A stretch of DNA of 64,000 bases from Balanoglossus misakiensis (lineage: Eukaryota; Animalia; Hemichordata), in the NCBI GenBank assembly GCA_040954595.2, contig CM082593.2, positions 7,910,043-7,974,042 of the forward strand. Direction: 5' to 3'. Every line of letters starts with the position of its first letter. Positions within the stretch are counted from its first letter, which is position 1. Positions 13,352-32,298 of the stretch are shown here, in pieces. The notes beneath the pieces are model-generated. The model saw nothing but the letters and a program-made list of their open reading frames with translations, did not search any database and was not told the DNA's origin. The position numbers and the translations under genes were made by a program.

Positions 13352-14852
13352 GCCACAATCAGATTCGTCCATGTCGTTACACAGTGCGGCGAAAACATTC
13401 TACTGTGTACACAGCACAACAGTAGACTGAAAGATTCAGTTCTGTGCGGGCACTCTGGCTCGCCAACTAAGACCCTTCCCAGGACTGAACGCACACTGTT
13501 GAAATCCTGTTCTGCAACAAAATTTTGTTGGAACCAATCATTTTACAGGAATGAGTTAATTGACAGTATGTAGGGGAACTGGACTGCCCACATCGCTCGC
13601 TCAGCGCGTGATCTGGCGCGTGATCGCGTTTTATAGCATATGCAAAACCGCCGTCTGGTTTTTGCCCCGTCTATATCCTGGTCTCGTCAATAAACTGCAA
13701 TTTTTTTTAGTTTTTTTTTCCTAATCAGTGATATACCTACTGAATTGAATGAATGCATGTACTTTAAGAAAAAAGGTACAGATATTCATCTGACAGAGTT
13801 CTGAATGTACTGGGAGACCAGTGTCATGTTAATTAGTTATTGATTTAAATATTTAACAAATTAGTCCAATTGTATACAGATTAGTTGCATTGAAAGAAAG
13901 TTGAATTTGATGATAATTTATTGCTTAGCTTTGCACATTTCCAGTCTTTATCAAACTATAAACACATGAGCATATTCAGTTCATATCTGGTGTTCGATAA
14001 TGTTGCCTGGTTGTTGTTCACTGTCTGTCTGGAGGCCGTAACTTTACAACCGATGTGACTATCCCGGTTGATTGACACTGTTGTCTTGACTACTGTGGTC
14101 ATTAAGTACGTAAATAGCCCAACATGATGAATATTCAAATGATTTACATATTTGAGAAGTCTGAAATGTCAGTTATGGGCGGTACTTTTTTCCTTCGAGT
14201 TCCCATCGGCCAAGTACACTGTGCATGCAGTCATAAAGAAAGGGACAATTGGCAGCACGACAAGTGCTTCAAAGCAAAGCCTCACCAGTGCTTTTTTAAA
14301 CATTGGTGGTCAAAGGTCGATGTAATCATTTGAAGGCGTAACATTTGACTAACCTATCAGAAAAACAATATCATCGAAAATTTCAGATTAAACATTAACG
14401 AAAGCTCCCCGACCAATGAATTTCATTGAAAGCGACGTTGATCAAAGCTTTAGCCGGCCATAAACCTTTCTGACAGATTTATAAGAAATCTCTGATTACT
14501 TTTTTTTAATAAAGATTTGCCAGATATTCAGTCGGCCTAACAACTTTTGTCCAACCTTTATTTATCGTGTACCAACTATTGTCAAGGAATTTCACAAACG
14601 TGTGTGTATATGGGCCTGGTCCGACGTCACGGTCAAATGTTTATTGCCGAAGAACTAAGGATAATCCAGTTTCCCCGAGTCACTTTGTCTGTGCTCGATT
14701 ACATGCACCGACTCAATATTTACACGCCAGAATACGTGTTTAATAGCTGGTTTATGATGCCATCGCGCCAAACTCGAGTTTATAATTCATAACATCGTGC
14801 CACCGACCGGACTAGTCGCTCCTGTTGCTGCATAATGGTTGCTGCGAGCTCG

Positions 14853-14930
14853 TAGCCCAACCACTTCCTCGTCTGTAGACTGTAGCTAGTTGGGTGGGAA
14901 CAACCTGCAGACGAGGAAGTGGTAGGGCTA
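14853..14930. mobile_element. Small foldback element with TAG termini
   Basis: tagcccaaccacttcctcgtctg / cagacgaggaagtggtagggcta. Confidence 0.6.
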
Positions 14931-15159
14931 CAATAGTACAAACTCGCAGCAAGTCGCTCTGTGGGGCCGCTGTAGCGTACAGTCGAGTGAAGTTGAAATT
15001 TACATTATTACGAGCTTACCTGGAGTACACGATGGTTCTCTCTATCTCCAGTAGGTGAACCATTACAAGTCAACCGTCCAAATGCGACACGTCGTCGCCG
15101 TCGTCATCAACAGTCGAACGGGACGGTCTTACCTTCATGTGGGTCATGAAGTCTCAATT

Positions 15160-15235
15160 TGATTGGCTTAGAGTTTATCTCTAGTGACGTCACAATTTGT
15201 TTAGCCGGAATCCCGAAGTTGAAAGTGAAACCTCG
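15160..15235 (-). promoter_or_regulatory. Putative promoter of the zinc-ribbon/Q-rich gene: CCAAT, CRE, kB-like and ISRE/IRF-E motifs
   Basis: ATTGG 15162-15166, TGACGTCA 15185-15192, GGAATCCC 15207-15214, GAAAGTGAAACC 15221-15232, just upstream of minus-strand donors at 15020 and 15133. Confidence 0.55.
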
Positions 15236-15961
15236 TCATTTGTTTGGGAATAAATGACGATTGTTGATAAAAATGAAAGTATTTCAACAAAGGAATGTGA
15301 TATCTATATATTAATGTCCAAAGATTTCTTCAATATTTGAGGACACGCCTTTGTTACCAGGCAACGCGAACTATCCAACTTGCAATTGTATGTAACCCAT
15401 GCCCCCGGCCCATGCCTCAGTGTGCGGTAGGGGTGTGTGTCTCAGTACGGCTACGCCTCCAACATCAAGTCACCGTACCAAGATTTAGAGCCGTACTATA
15501 CGCCTCCAACATCAAGTCACCGTACCAAGATTTAAAGCCGTAGGCCTAACTACAAGACGAAAACCAAGTCTGCGCAATGGAGTGACCGTGCTTTAAAACT
15601 GCTCTAGTTTCTGTATTGAAATTAATACTGTAAATGAGGTAATATCGTGTCCCCAGTTTCGTTGACTCATTTTTCGCGGTATGTTGTTTGGTTCGAGTGT
15701 ACGTTGAACCAAGACATCCGGTAAGATGTTAATTTTCCTCCAAAGCTCCTTTTCGGTACGTTGCCGTTGGAAACAAACAAACAAACATTGTAAATCACAC
15801 GACTGATGTAATTCGGCTGTGATTTCAACGAAATATTTGCATGTAACGATAGAATTTGTTAAATGTTGGCACCTAGGCCTACGTGCACCATTATTGAGCT
15901 GGAGTGGCTCATTAAAGGGACAAAGTCTCTCTCTCGCTGCCCTTTTCCCAGTAATTATTTA

Positions 15962-16285
15962 AGCAATAAAAAACCCCAGCCATGGTATACCACGAGATTT
16001 TGACCAGTTCACGACATATACGCACGAGCGATAGCGAGTGCGTATGGAGTTGAACTGGTCAAAATCGAGTGGTATACCATGGCTGGGGGTGTTTTATTGC
16101 TATTATATTATATTGTACCAGTATATTGAAACTTTGCATAAAACATTTAAAAAGGCATTTTCTTTGACTATGAGTTTTGCGTGATATGTGACTGTGGTAT
16201 ATGACGAATATTTCACAGTCACGTGTCGTGTCTCGACCAATAAAATAGCGTGATTTACACCATCAATATACTGGTATAATATAAT
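15962..16285. mobile_element. Double-hairpin palindromic element (Crypton-like non-autonomous?) inserted in a family A MITE
   Basis: gcaataaaa...ccccagccatggtataccac...gtggtataccatggctgggg...ttttattgc, plus a second IR accagtatattga / tcaatatactggt. Family A sequence resumes after it (tttgatacaagacacc). Confidence 0.65.
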
Positions 16286-17163
16286 TTGATACAAGACACC
16301 GTTTATGTTATTCTACATGTGGATATATAATGAATCAACGTTCGCCACACATGTTTAAATGCGATTTTCTTTGATTTGTTTGAACGCCTGGGCTATGATT
16401 TTTATCAAAGTGGTTATTGAGTTTGGGTTTAATAACATATTAATCACTATTCACAACAAACCACAAAATAAATTTGAGCGTGACCGGGTTACACAACAAA
16501 AATTAAATAAGTCCAGTGTCTAGCATAGTTCTATAAACCTGACGAACGACGCGACGATACTGGTCTTACTGTCCACTTTAATTTTCATCACAGAACATCA
16601 ATAACGACAACTTCTTGAACATCCACAGGCCTCTACAAAGACCCAACCGCAATAACAATACTCCAAAGACCACGTGTAAGCGATAATGTAAACCCGTCTG
16701 CATTCCTCTTCTCTTATCCTACCTTTCGCCCTTTCTGCTAGATTATAAGTTAATTTAGAGTTTGTACGAATGTTGTTAATATAATGTCTTATTTCACTCT
16801 CGTTCAACCGTGTTGTTGTGTAGATCACTATAAACATATCTATTTTGTTAGAATTTTACCAATTTCGCAAAGTTTTTTTTATCTGCTTATATGTGTATCT
16901 CTTCCTCTCCAACCCCAGACAAAATGTGATTGTTAATGTGACATATTCAAGGGCAAGATGGAAAATGGGGGAGCCATTTGAGGCCAATTTTGTTTATGTT
17001 TGCTTAATTTTCTTGGGCTAAAGTCCTTGCACGTATTTTGTGCTCCGAGTCCATTGCACCGGGCCAAATGGCTGAAAATATGACATCACCGATAGTAAAG
17101 TGTACTATTTGACTCCCTATTAACCTTTAAAATATCCACCCCCTCGTGACTAAGGAAGGTGTT

Positions 17164-23456
<6,293 letters not shown>

Positions 23457-24771
23457 GCTGATAAACGCTGTAGACACCACGTACTATAAACTGCAAATGA
23501 CGGTTACCGCAGTGTACACTCCAAATATAGGTGTCACTTCGACCTGGGCGCCAGCCAAACAAGAAACTGCCGTGTCACAAGAATTTATTGATTTATTTGT
23601 ACAAGAAAAGCCATTCGATTACAATTCTTATCGTAATTTCTCGTATTTCTCCTCAAATGTGTGAAACGAAGCAACGGCAAAAACTAAAGAACCGCTCCTT
23701 TACATTATACACCATCAGTGGAGACCAATTATAATTCATCCAAAATGTCAAAGATGTACAGCAGCGTGTTACGCGGGAACCGTAACCTAGTGAACGAATT
23801 CTTTCTGATATCATTCTACTGATAGTGACGACATGCAGTACGCAGGGAATGAGTGATATGATAGTTGCGACATTTGAAGTTTGACCCGTGCCATAAAAAG
23901 TTTAAAAAAAGAATATCGATTTAATTTTATAAAATATGAGAAAAAGTTATCATATAAGTTTAATTTAAAATAAATATGAGTAAGAAGAAGAAGGTCATAT
24001 TCTAAACAAATTCAATAACATTCCTTTATCAGGAGGTATGTGCATTAGGCGAATCGGGCGGGCGGTTAATACTATATTAATTAATTACCTTTTCATTCTT
24101 TAATGACTGTAAGTTCTATATGCAGTTCAAACGCGTTGCTGCTGGTGTCGTAAAATGTTCAAAAGTGTGCAATACAGTGTATAATATTATTTTAAAATAA
24201 TTATAATTGGAATAATTTAAACATTCCAAGTGCCACATAATAAAAGATGCAGAAGGATTAGTGGACTTTGAACTCCTCAGATTAATTTTGATAAATGCAT
24301 ACTAGAATGGTGCTAGAACTAACTTCTGTGACACATATTTAATTGTATCAGAGTCGACTTTCAGACAAATCTGCGAGCGAAGGGGAATGCTTTAGAAGAC
24401 ATGTTGAAGATGCCATCGTATCCACGCGCACTCATGCACATACATATCAAATATTAAACCTGGCTTTGATATTCAAGGCAATCGAAACCATCGAAACAAA
24501 TTATGACGGAAATGGTAATGTGAATTAGGCAGTTAAAATAACATTATCACTTGTACCAGCTAATTGTTGCGTTCCCATCGAGTATATTGACGTAGACACT
24601 TGGCTGCATGGACTGATTTCTACTCAAGGTGCTATTGTGGTACCAATTTGACATTAGTAAGCGCCTCACACGGCTGATCCAGGTCAGGCTTGATACAGTG
24701 TGTTGTATATCTACGAACATTTGGAAGCGAATGTTACGTCATTATATTGGAGAATCGTATGTGTGTTCAAC

Positions 24772-27096
24772 ATGACTTCAATCCTGCTCTTCGCCTTCGG
24801 GACAGCTCTGCATGACGAACGATTATATGAAACAAGTCCGACTGCCAAATTTCGTACCATAGCAAGGTTACAGGTACGTTACACATATTTTAGTTTTATA
24901 ATCGAGTTATTTATTTTGATGTATATCTCGAATATCAATAAATGTGCTTCTAATCACCGTTTATCTGGATCGGTGCAAACTTCATACCTCAGTCGCTCGC
25001 TGCTGGAAAACTTTTCAATTTGAAATGTATCATACAAACTCCAATCGGTGTCTATAGCATGGGCACACACAAGTAAGATTATCTTTACTCTTGAAGAAAA
25101 AAAACTATCCTAGCATGTTAGATCGTATAGTTTGTAAAGTTATAATTGCATTTACGGTTGCAGTTAAATGGAAATTGAGATGATGGATTCTTATCTAACG
25201 GGCGACATCTATCATAATTCTGTCGTAGCTTTGTGACTCCGTTTGTTAAGTTCAAGAATTCTGTGAATTCAGCCTGTGTGCCATGTTTCACGAGTACATC
25301 CCTTGTCTTTCATCAGCTTATCGAGGGATCTAAAATCAAGCGATTGTTTTCAAATTGGTTTTCTCCAAAATGCAAATACTTGCATAATATTGGCAATTGA
25401 GACAGAGAAGTCTGCGTAGGCAGCGAGAGGGGCTGTGAGGGAGTCTAATACATGCAAATCCACACAAACAAGTGAAAACAATACGTACGTGTCTAAACAG
25501 TAGATTTAAACATGCTTAGTCTTCTGATGATTTGGCGTTGATTCTGAACGACAAGTACATCCGAAGCAACTAGCTTTGTAAGCGGGATTAGTGTCTTTTA
25601 ATTCGTCTCTTGGGCAACGACAATCTCCAAGTTCAAAATTGCAAAGATGGGTTAACTGTTGCAGCGTAGCCATTCCACTAATAATGTAATTTCGGACGGG
25701 TTGAATGCAGATTGACAATACTGTCGGTAGGAGTGTTTGATTCGAATGTAAAGTTTGTTACCGAGCAAAAGAAGTTAACGAAGAATTGTATTTATTTCAT
25801 TGGCATTGGATCATGAATAACCCTTCCGCTGTGATGCAACAAAAGCCTGGTACAAAATAGTCCACACTGCTTCAACATCGAATTTCCCAGCGTATGATGT
25901 GCGTTGCCAGGTGACAATGAAAATGATACGAGGGGTTAGGAGATGCGTAAGTGTTAAGTACACTGTGTTATGCACAGTGTTGGCGTATGTAGCTGGTTAC
26001 GAACGGAGATTAACGAAAATGGAACATACACACGTTTTTATGTTTGTCTGTCTGTTTCTGTCTCTTTCTGTCACTGTCTGTCTGTTTCTGTCTCTCTGTC
26101 TCTGTCTGTCTGTCTGTATATCTCTCTCTCTCTTACCCTCTTTTTCCTGAGTACATGTATGTACGAAACCAATAAATGCTAAATGTTTTTTTCTCGGCAG
26201 AATTACAAGCTTGTGTTTAATGAGGTAGCTAACTTTGAAAGTCCCTGGCGTGGTGCTATGGCTAACATCGCCTGGTCAGAAGGAGACACTGTTTGGGGTG
26301 TGGTCTATGAAATTGACAGGACAACTCTGAATAACATTGAAAAGTAAGTTTACATATTTTAACAACCCGTCTTTCTCTGCAACTTTCGCCTTTGCAAACT
26401 TAACGACATGCTGAGATCTAGCCAATGTCATAATTTTAAGGCGTCCTCTTGCGAAAAAGAATGGCGCCACCACTTGTAGAAGGTTTGGCTCGCACCTCGG
26501 AGAAGAACTCCAAGTAAATATACTTGACCAGATATGACTAAAATAAACTGATCAGGAGATACAGCTTAATGTAAACAACAGCCATATTTAATAATCGGAT
26601 CTGAGCTGTATTTTTGTCGGTGTGCTTGCAAAAAATCCCTTCACAGAACTGTGTGGTGAATAGGGAAGAAAAGCGAACTATTGCTTGGTATTATGTACGT
26701 GGTCGGTCGTTTGGTCGGTCGGTAGGTTGATGTATCTGAGAGTCATGCTCATGGCGCGTATTATAACAAGGACTGGCAATCACATTTTTGTCGCCAAAAG
26801 TCCTTCTTGTGTTTTCTCCTTTCAGAAACATGACTGGGTGGAAGGGTATTTATCACATGAAAGACGTGACTGTGCTGTCTCCAAGAAACCAAGCCATCAC
26901 GTGTTGTTGCCTTGAATTGCGCAACGCCTTGCCAGGATTGGCGAGACCATCGCCACAGTATCTCAGTATGATAATCATGGGCGCCCGGCAACGTGGTCTG
27001 CCACAGAAATATATCGACATGCTCAATGACGTACAACATAACGGTTATCCAGGGAAACTGGGACTCGACGAAAGAATGATTATGAATACTATTTGA
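24772..27096 (+). CDS. GGCT: Gamma-glutamylcyclotransferase-like protein B (171 aa), catalytic Glu absent
   Basis: Exons 24772-24873, 26201-26343, 26826-27096, same sizes and phases as copy A. Motifs ARLQ|NYKLVF, SPWRGAMANI, TVWGVVYE, PSPQYL, GARQRGLPQKY. Confidence 0.88.
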
Positions 27097-28879
27097 ACTG
27101 ATTCCGAAAAATAAACATTTTCCAATGGTTTGGATAACTTTTAGCATCTGTAACGGGTCGTTTATACCGCTTTTCAAAAGTTGCGACAACATGTATTCTC
27201 TGCTTATAAAGTATCAACTTGTTAAAACAAACAATTCGCTGGATTCGTCGATTTACTGTATATCCACATGTAGAATAACATAAACGGTGTCTTTTATCAA
27301 ACATAATTAATGAATAAAGGGCAGCGAGAGAGAGAGACTTTGTCCCTTTAACACAATTTTTCAAAGACAGGTCCTATGCGTTCAGAGACAGTTTTATTGA
27401 TGAACTTATAGTTGTAGTGGCGCTTGAACGTGATAACGCGGAAAGAAATTTATTTGACACGAGTGACAGTTGAAAAATTGTCAAATCTCAGCTTTATTAG
27501 ATTTTAACAGTTCAGCAAAATTAAAAATGTCATACAAGATTGAAAAACAACTCTTGTTTAAAACAAAAGTTACGAAAATAATATGAAAACATTGCTACTT
27601 TTCGACTTGTTACACATCAAACAGTTATCAAAAATCTGTAAAGGAGTTTGGAACAAAAACACAATATACTAGTATTTTTTTTGCATTAAAATACAAAAGT
27701 GAAAATTAATTAATTAATCGTAAATCATGAATTGACCAATCAAATGAAACAACAATTCATTGTCACAAACTGTTAAGGTATTTGACTCAAACACAATTAA
27801 TTTAATAAAAGTAAATTTAAAAAGTTAAACTTTATGATAATTTATAGGAATAATCCTGTGGTCAGTATTGCCGCACGCTAAACATGCTAGAATTTCTACT
27901 TTAAAAAATACATCATAAAACTTAGAGTTCAAATATTTCAGGTCAAAATTTGCGGTTGCTACGTACACTTCATAAATATTCAAGTCAGACAAATGTGGAT
28001 ACACCCAGGTATATCGTCGTATGCGCAAGTGCCAAACCAAAGAAAAATGTGCTAGCCTAGCAACAGACAAGATGGCGGCGACCATAGTCTGTGTCGTAGA
28101 TCAGGAAAAGACAGCAAATTGGGTGAAAAGAAGGGACAAAATTAAAGTCTACTTATTCGGCGTGCATGAATTATGGAAGCAAGCGAAGGCAGTCCACTAT
28201 TTGAATGCGTCGAACGCAAACTTTGCAGAACAATTTGGATTGGACGTAATGTTTGTACACATGAAATCACGCACATGTGCATAAGACAATCGTCGGCCAT
28301 GAAGTGTACAGTCATCGCTGCTTCTGTTGAAAACTGACATGAACGCAGGTTTGCCACGCAGCAGGGAGTAGATCAAGAAACTGTAGTTGATAGAACAGGA
28401 TACTCCGACAAAGAGCCAAGAATTACCGCCACTTCCTATAACACCTGGGACGGCTCCATCTTCTCATGGTTTACTTCTCTTTACATCAAACATGCGTTAT
28501 ATTAGCGCATTCCGAAATATTGGTCATTTGTTTTTACTATGTCCGGCTTGATTCGGTAGATATAGGACGTCTTTATATCCAGCATAAGTCACTTCGTAAC
28601 CATCGTTGTCTAGTTCAGCAGCTATGTGTCCCATGTGAATGGTGGTTGGCTGCAGGCCACCTTCTGAAAAATACATCTCCAGAACCCACTCGCAATATCT
28701 GTCAAAATGAAACAATGGAAGAAACGGTCAACAAGCAAACATTGCGTTGAAATAGAAGCCCTTGCAGAAAATCAGTACAAACAACATCGTAGACAAAATC
28801 TCTGTCGGCATAACGTCTCTTTACGACATACATGCATCTTCTGCAGAAATACTTAACATGAAATTGTGTTGTAATGACT

Positions 28880-29396
28880 TTAAACAACGCCATCAACAGT
28901 ACTTGTTTTGTTTTTTACACAATCGGGATAAAGATGTCCCTCGTCTAAACTCAAAAGTCCAAGCGACAGTCCCGAAACAAATACTTTTGAATAAAAATTG
29001 AATATCCTGACCCTCAAATATCTAAAACGTTTAAGATGATGCGATGTGCGCGGCGTTGAAGTGATACGAAATCCAAATTCAGATTTCAAATAAACACGAC
29101 GTTCGATACAACAGCCCACGTACAAAACTGAACGCACTGTAACAGTTTACGTTTAAAAACACTTACTTTTCCAGAGGTTTTCCTGATTCTTCCAGTATCC
29201 TGTAAATAATATATCCTTGGAAAGATTCGTGGTGGACGAATTCAGCGACCACACTTTTAACCCTATCCCCGAGTAACCTGGCAAATTTATTGTCCTTCTT
29301 AAAGAAAATGATGTACTTTTCAGTGTTTGTCATGGTTAAGGGAGCAGTTCCTGTCCCCAGCGTTGGCATTCCGCAGGTGAAATCGCACGAGTAAAC
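28880..29396 (-). CDS. Possible last two exons of an unidentified gene
   Basis: Exon 29396-29167 (ctttcttatag / gtaagt, VYSCDFTCGMP...GKPLEK, phase 2) joins in frame to 29021-28880 (YLRVRIFNFYSK...DGVV*). 5' exons unresolved. Confidence 0.35.
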
Positions 29397-29647
29397 CTAT
29401 AAGAAAGCAGATAACGACTTGTTGAAACACAACGTTAACTGTTACGTTTGATCACTGCTATAAGTCTCAGAAAATCGACATTAAAATTGTCCACATAGTT
29501 TAGTTCTTAACATGATATGCAGAGTGTAATGTCAATCCGAAATGATCTTTGACATGTAACAAGAATGCCAGACAGCTGCCGTGTACTAGTACTTCATATC
29601 TTTTCAGAGTTGGGGTTCTGTTGGGAACTAGAGTTTGCATTGTACTC

Positions 29648-29772
<125 letters not shown>

Positions 29773-30782
29773 TGATGCGTAAAAATGATATTGCTAATAT
29801 TGTATCTTTAGCGTTTACCAAATTTCAATATGGTTTCGAGAATATGTGTGAAAGCGATTTGCTGTACCTGATATTAATCAAAGAGGATTTTTAATGCTAA
29901 TTGATATAATGTTATACAACGGCTGTTTTGAAAGAATACCCAAGTTTTACTTCTGTTCTTTGAGAATCTAAAAAGTTCAGGTCTTGCTGTCCTTACTTTC
30001 ACACGATATTGGAAGCGATTTCGAAACTAAAATAATAAATTGTCATATTACAGAGAGCATTCCATGTCAATTCATATGAGTTATTGCCAATTTCAGTTTT
30101 CTATATTCATAACTTAAATAGGAATACATATGATTGATTTTGCAGTCGTCACTATCGTAATTCCAGATGTCTATGTTAATGGATAGGGCCTACTTGTGTA
30201 ACGGGATCAGTAGAGCAAGCCAGCGCAGACGACATACGCCAAATATTTCACACCATTCGTTATACATCATTGTTTTGATACGATGTGGAATACACTAGTC
30301 TTTTCCCATAGGATTACATTGAGAATAGCCAGAAAACTCACTTATTGTCATTTTCAAGGTATTTTACACATAGCTCAATCAAATAAAAATAAATTAATCG
30401 GTCAAATACTATCGCATGGTCACCGCGCTCTATATTGAGATAAACCTCGCTAAATATTTTGCCCGTAGACAAGCCATTGGTGAAACAATGCTGACTCAGC
30501 AGTTTTTGTAAATTATCGACTATAAATTCGCGGCCTTGTATTTCGAAAACAAGCGCGGTGACCCCTATATTTTATAACGGATGACATACAAAGGAGAAAC
30601 CAAAAATCAACAATTAAAAGAAATGACAATACTTTTAATTTTACTGAACGTACATCCATAAGTTGACTGGATTTTAAACTTTATCGTTTCAAACTCAAAA
30701 CTTTGTATTTTTTTCTTATGATATAAAGACAAGTCGTTGAAAATGAAAACCTTCCTTTTATCGTTTTTTTGCCATAGATTTA

Positions 30783-30981
30783 TGTAAAGATGCAATTGGT
30801 TAGTATTTTATTATTGTAAGGTTGCTAAAACCTAAAAATCAGTAGCTTAGACGATCTCCCGGTTTCGCGTCAGACGAGCGCTCGCGGGACGCGAAAGCGG
30901 GTCGGTAGATCGTCCAAGCTACTGATTTATCGTTTTTAGCAACCTTACAATTAATAAAATCCTGAAATAGCATCTGTACAA
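30783..30981. repeat. Long imperfect palindrome (foldback element)
   Basis: ttgtaaggttgctaaaa...aatcagtagctt.gacgatct / agatcgtc.aagctactgatt...ttttagcaaccttacaa. Confidence 0.8.
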
Positions 30982-31632
30982 ACGCCTGTGGTTTTTGCGG
31001 TCGATGATTGAAAAAAAATGGAACGGTTTGCTCTCGCAGTTTACACTCATTTGTGATGCCCGCCGTCGTCTATCTTAATTATTAACGTACGGGCCCACAT
31101 TAATCGGGCAAATTTCTACTCTTCTCATTGTTGGCTAGAATCTGTAACAGGTTGACACAAGTCTGCAAGGACACGCCAATTGAACCAATTGGGGAATAAT
31201 TTTCACGCTTCTTGTAGTACGCACGTGCACGCGATTTCGCTATCTACCTATCAGTCCTCAAGATGTTTGCATTTCGTAACTGGACACGTACGGGAAATGC
31301 CTTTGTTGGATATTCTACAATTGTATTCCGTTAAAACGTGCAGATAACAACTTTATGTATCCAACCGTTTAATCGGGTTATATATCATTATCACCAGCCG
31401 CAGTAAATTGTGCGGTTTGTCCGGGTAATTATATTGATGCGCGTAAAGCTGTTGTGCGAAATAAGTGTCCACGCGCCTGAAGTCTAGTCATTATTACACA
31501 ATCGGGTTTATAAAAATTCAATAAAGTAAAATCCCAAGCCTATTTCACTTTAAATGGTGTAATTGTGGTGCACTGCAGAACGATATATATATATCCCATG
31601 ATCGTGTTTGCTCTGAAGTACCGCAATTAGGT

Positions 31633-32298
31633 TTAGAGTACTAAATTCAGTGTGAGATGGTACGGTGGATATCGTGTGCCCTTAGGTTTGCAAAGGGATG
31701 AGTTTGCAAATGAAGTTAGCGCTTCCATTAGAGCAGTCTCCATGACACTGTCTGCTGCGACCCTGTCACTGTCTATATCATGGAAGGCAGTTCCACTGCA
31801 GTTCACCATCGATTGTGATTCATGCATTTTTTGAAACGTGATATCAAGCATAAAGGCAAGACTGAAACTAACCTTAAAGGCCCCTGCGTGTGTTATTTTC
31901 AGCGGCCACATTCCTGTATGTTTCCCATCACACGACGTCGGGAGACCCTCTGGAAAAGCCCTTGAAATGGTGTTCTGAGGCCACAAGTTTTTCGTCACGT
32001 ACTTGTACGGCGAATGCTCGCCAAGATCGTCTTCGCTTATCCGCTCTGAAATTATGCACTTTTTCATGTCGTTATGAAAGAACGGTCCGGTGATCATTTT
32101 CAGTCCAACCTGGAAGGCACGGAACCACAGCGGAGTGTCGCAGCACATGAAATGTACAACATGCTGCTGTGTCTCTTGCACCGTGCTCCAGACGACGTCT
32201 AAATTGTTCTCTAAACTGGATGCCTTCTGCGTCATGGCTCTGTAGACTGTGTAGGCAGCCAACAAGACTGTCGCCAGAAACACAAGGAACAAACACAT
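31633..32298 (-). CDS. Uncharacterised single-exon ORF (221 aa) with N-terminal hydrophobic signal/anchor
   Basis: Uninterrupted ORF, more GC-rich than its flanks, MCLFLVFLATVLLAAYTVYRA..., ATG at 32298. Confidence 0.55.
   Translation of the reverse strand: MCLFLVFLATVLLAAYTVYRAMTQKASSLENNLDVVWSTVQETQQHVVHFMCCDTPLWFRAFQVGLKMITGPFFHNDMKKCIISERISEDDLGEHSPYKYVTKNLWPQNTISRAFPEGLPTSCDGKHTGMWPLKITHAGAFKVSFSLAFMLDITFQKMHESQSMVNCSGTAFHDIDSDRVAADSVMETALMEALTSFANSSLCKPKGTRYPPYHLTLNLVL

Noticed and set aside
15452-15540. 47-bp direct duplication
   Set aside because: Simple two-copy slippage with no sign of function
28021-28300. 87-aa ORF with a CAAGATGGCGGC promoter-like motif
   Set aside because: Partly repeated at about 35150-35285, so probably a dispersed repeat rather than a gene
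31205-31250. Minus-strand ACTC motif suggesting a TIMP N-terminus
   Set aside because: In-frame stops on both sides and weak splice signals
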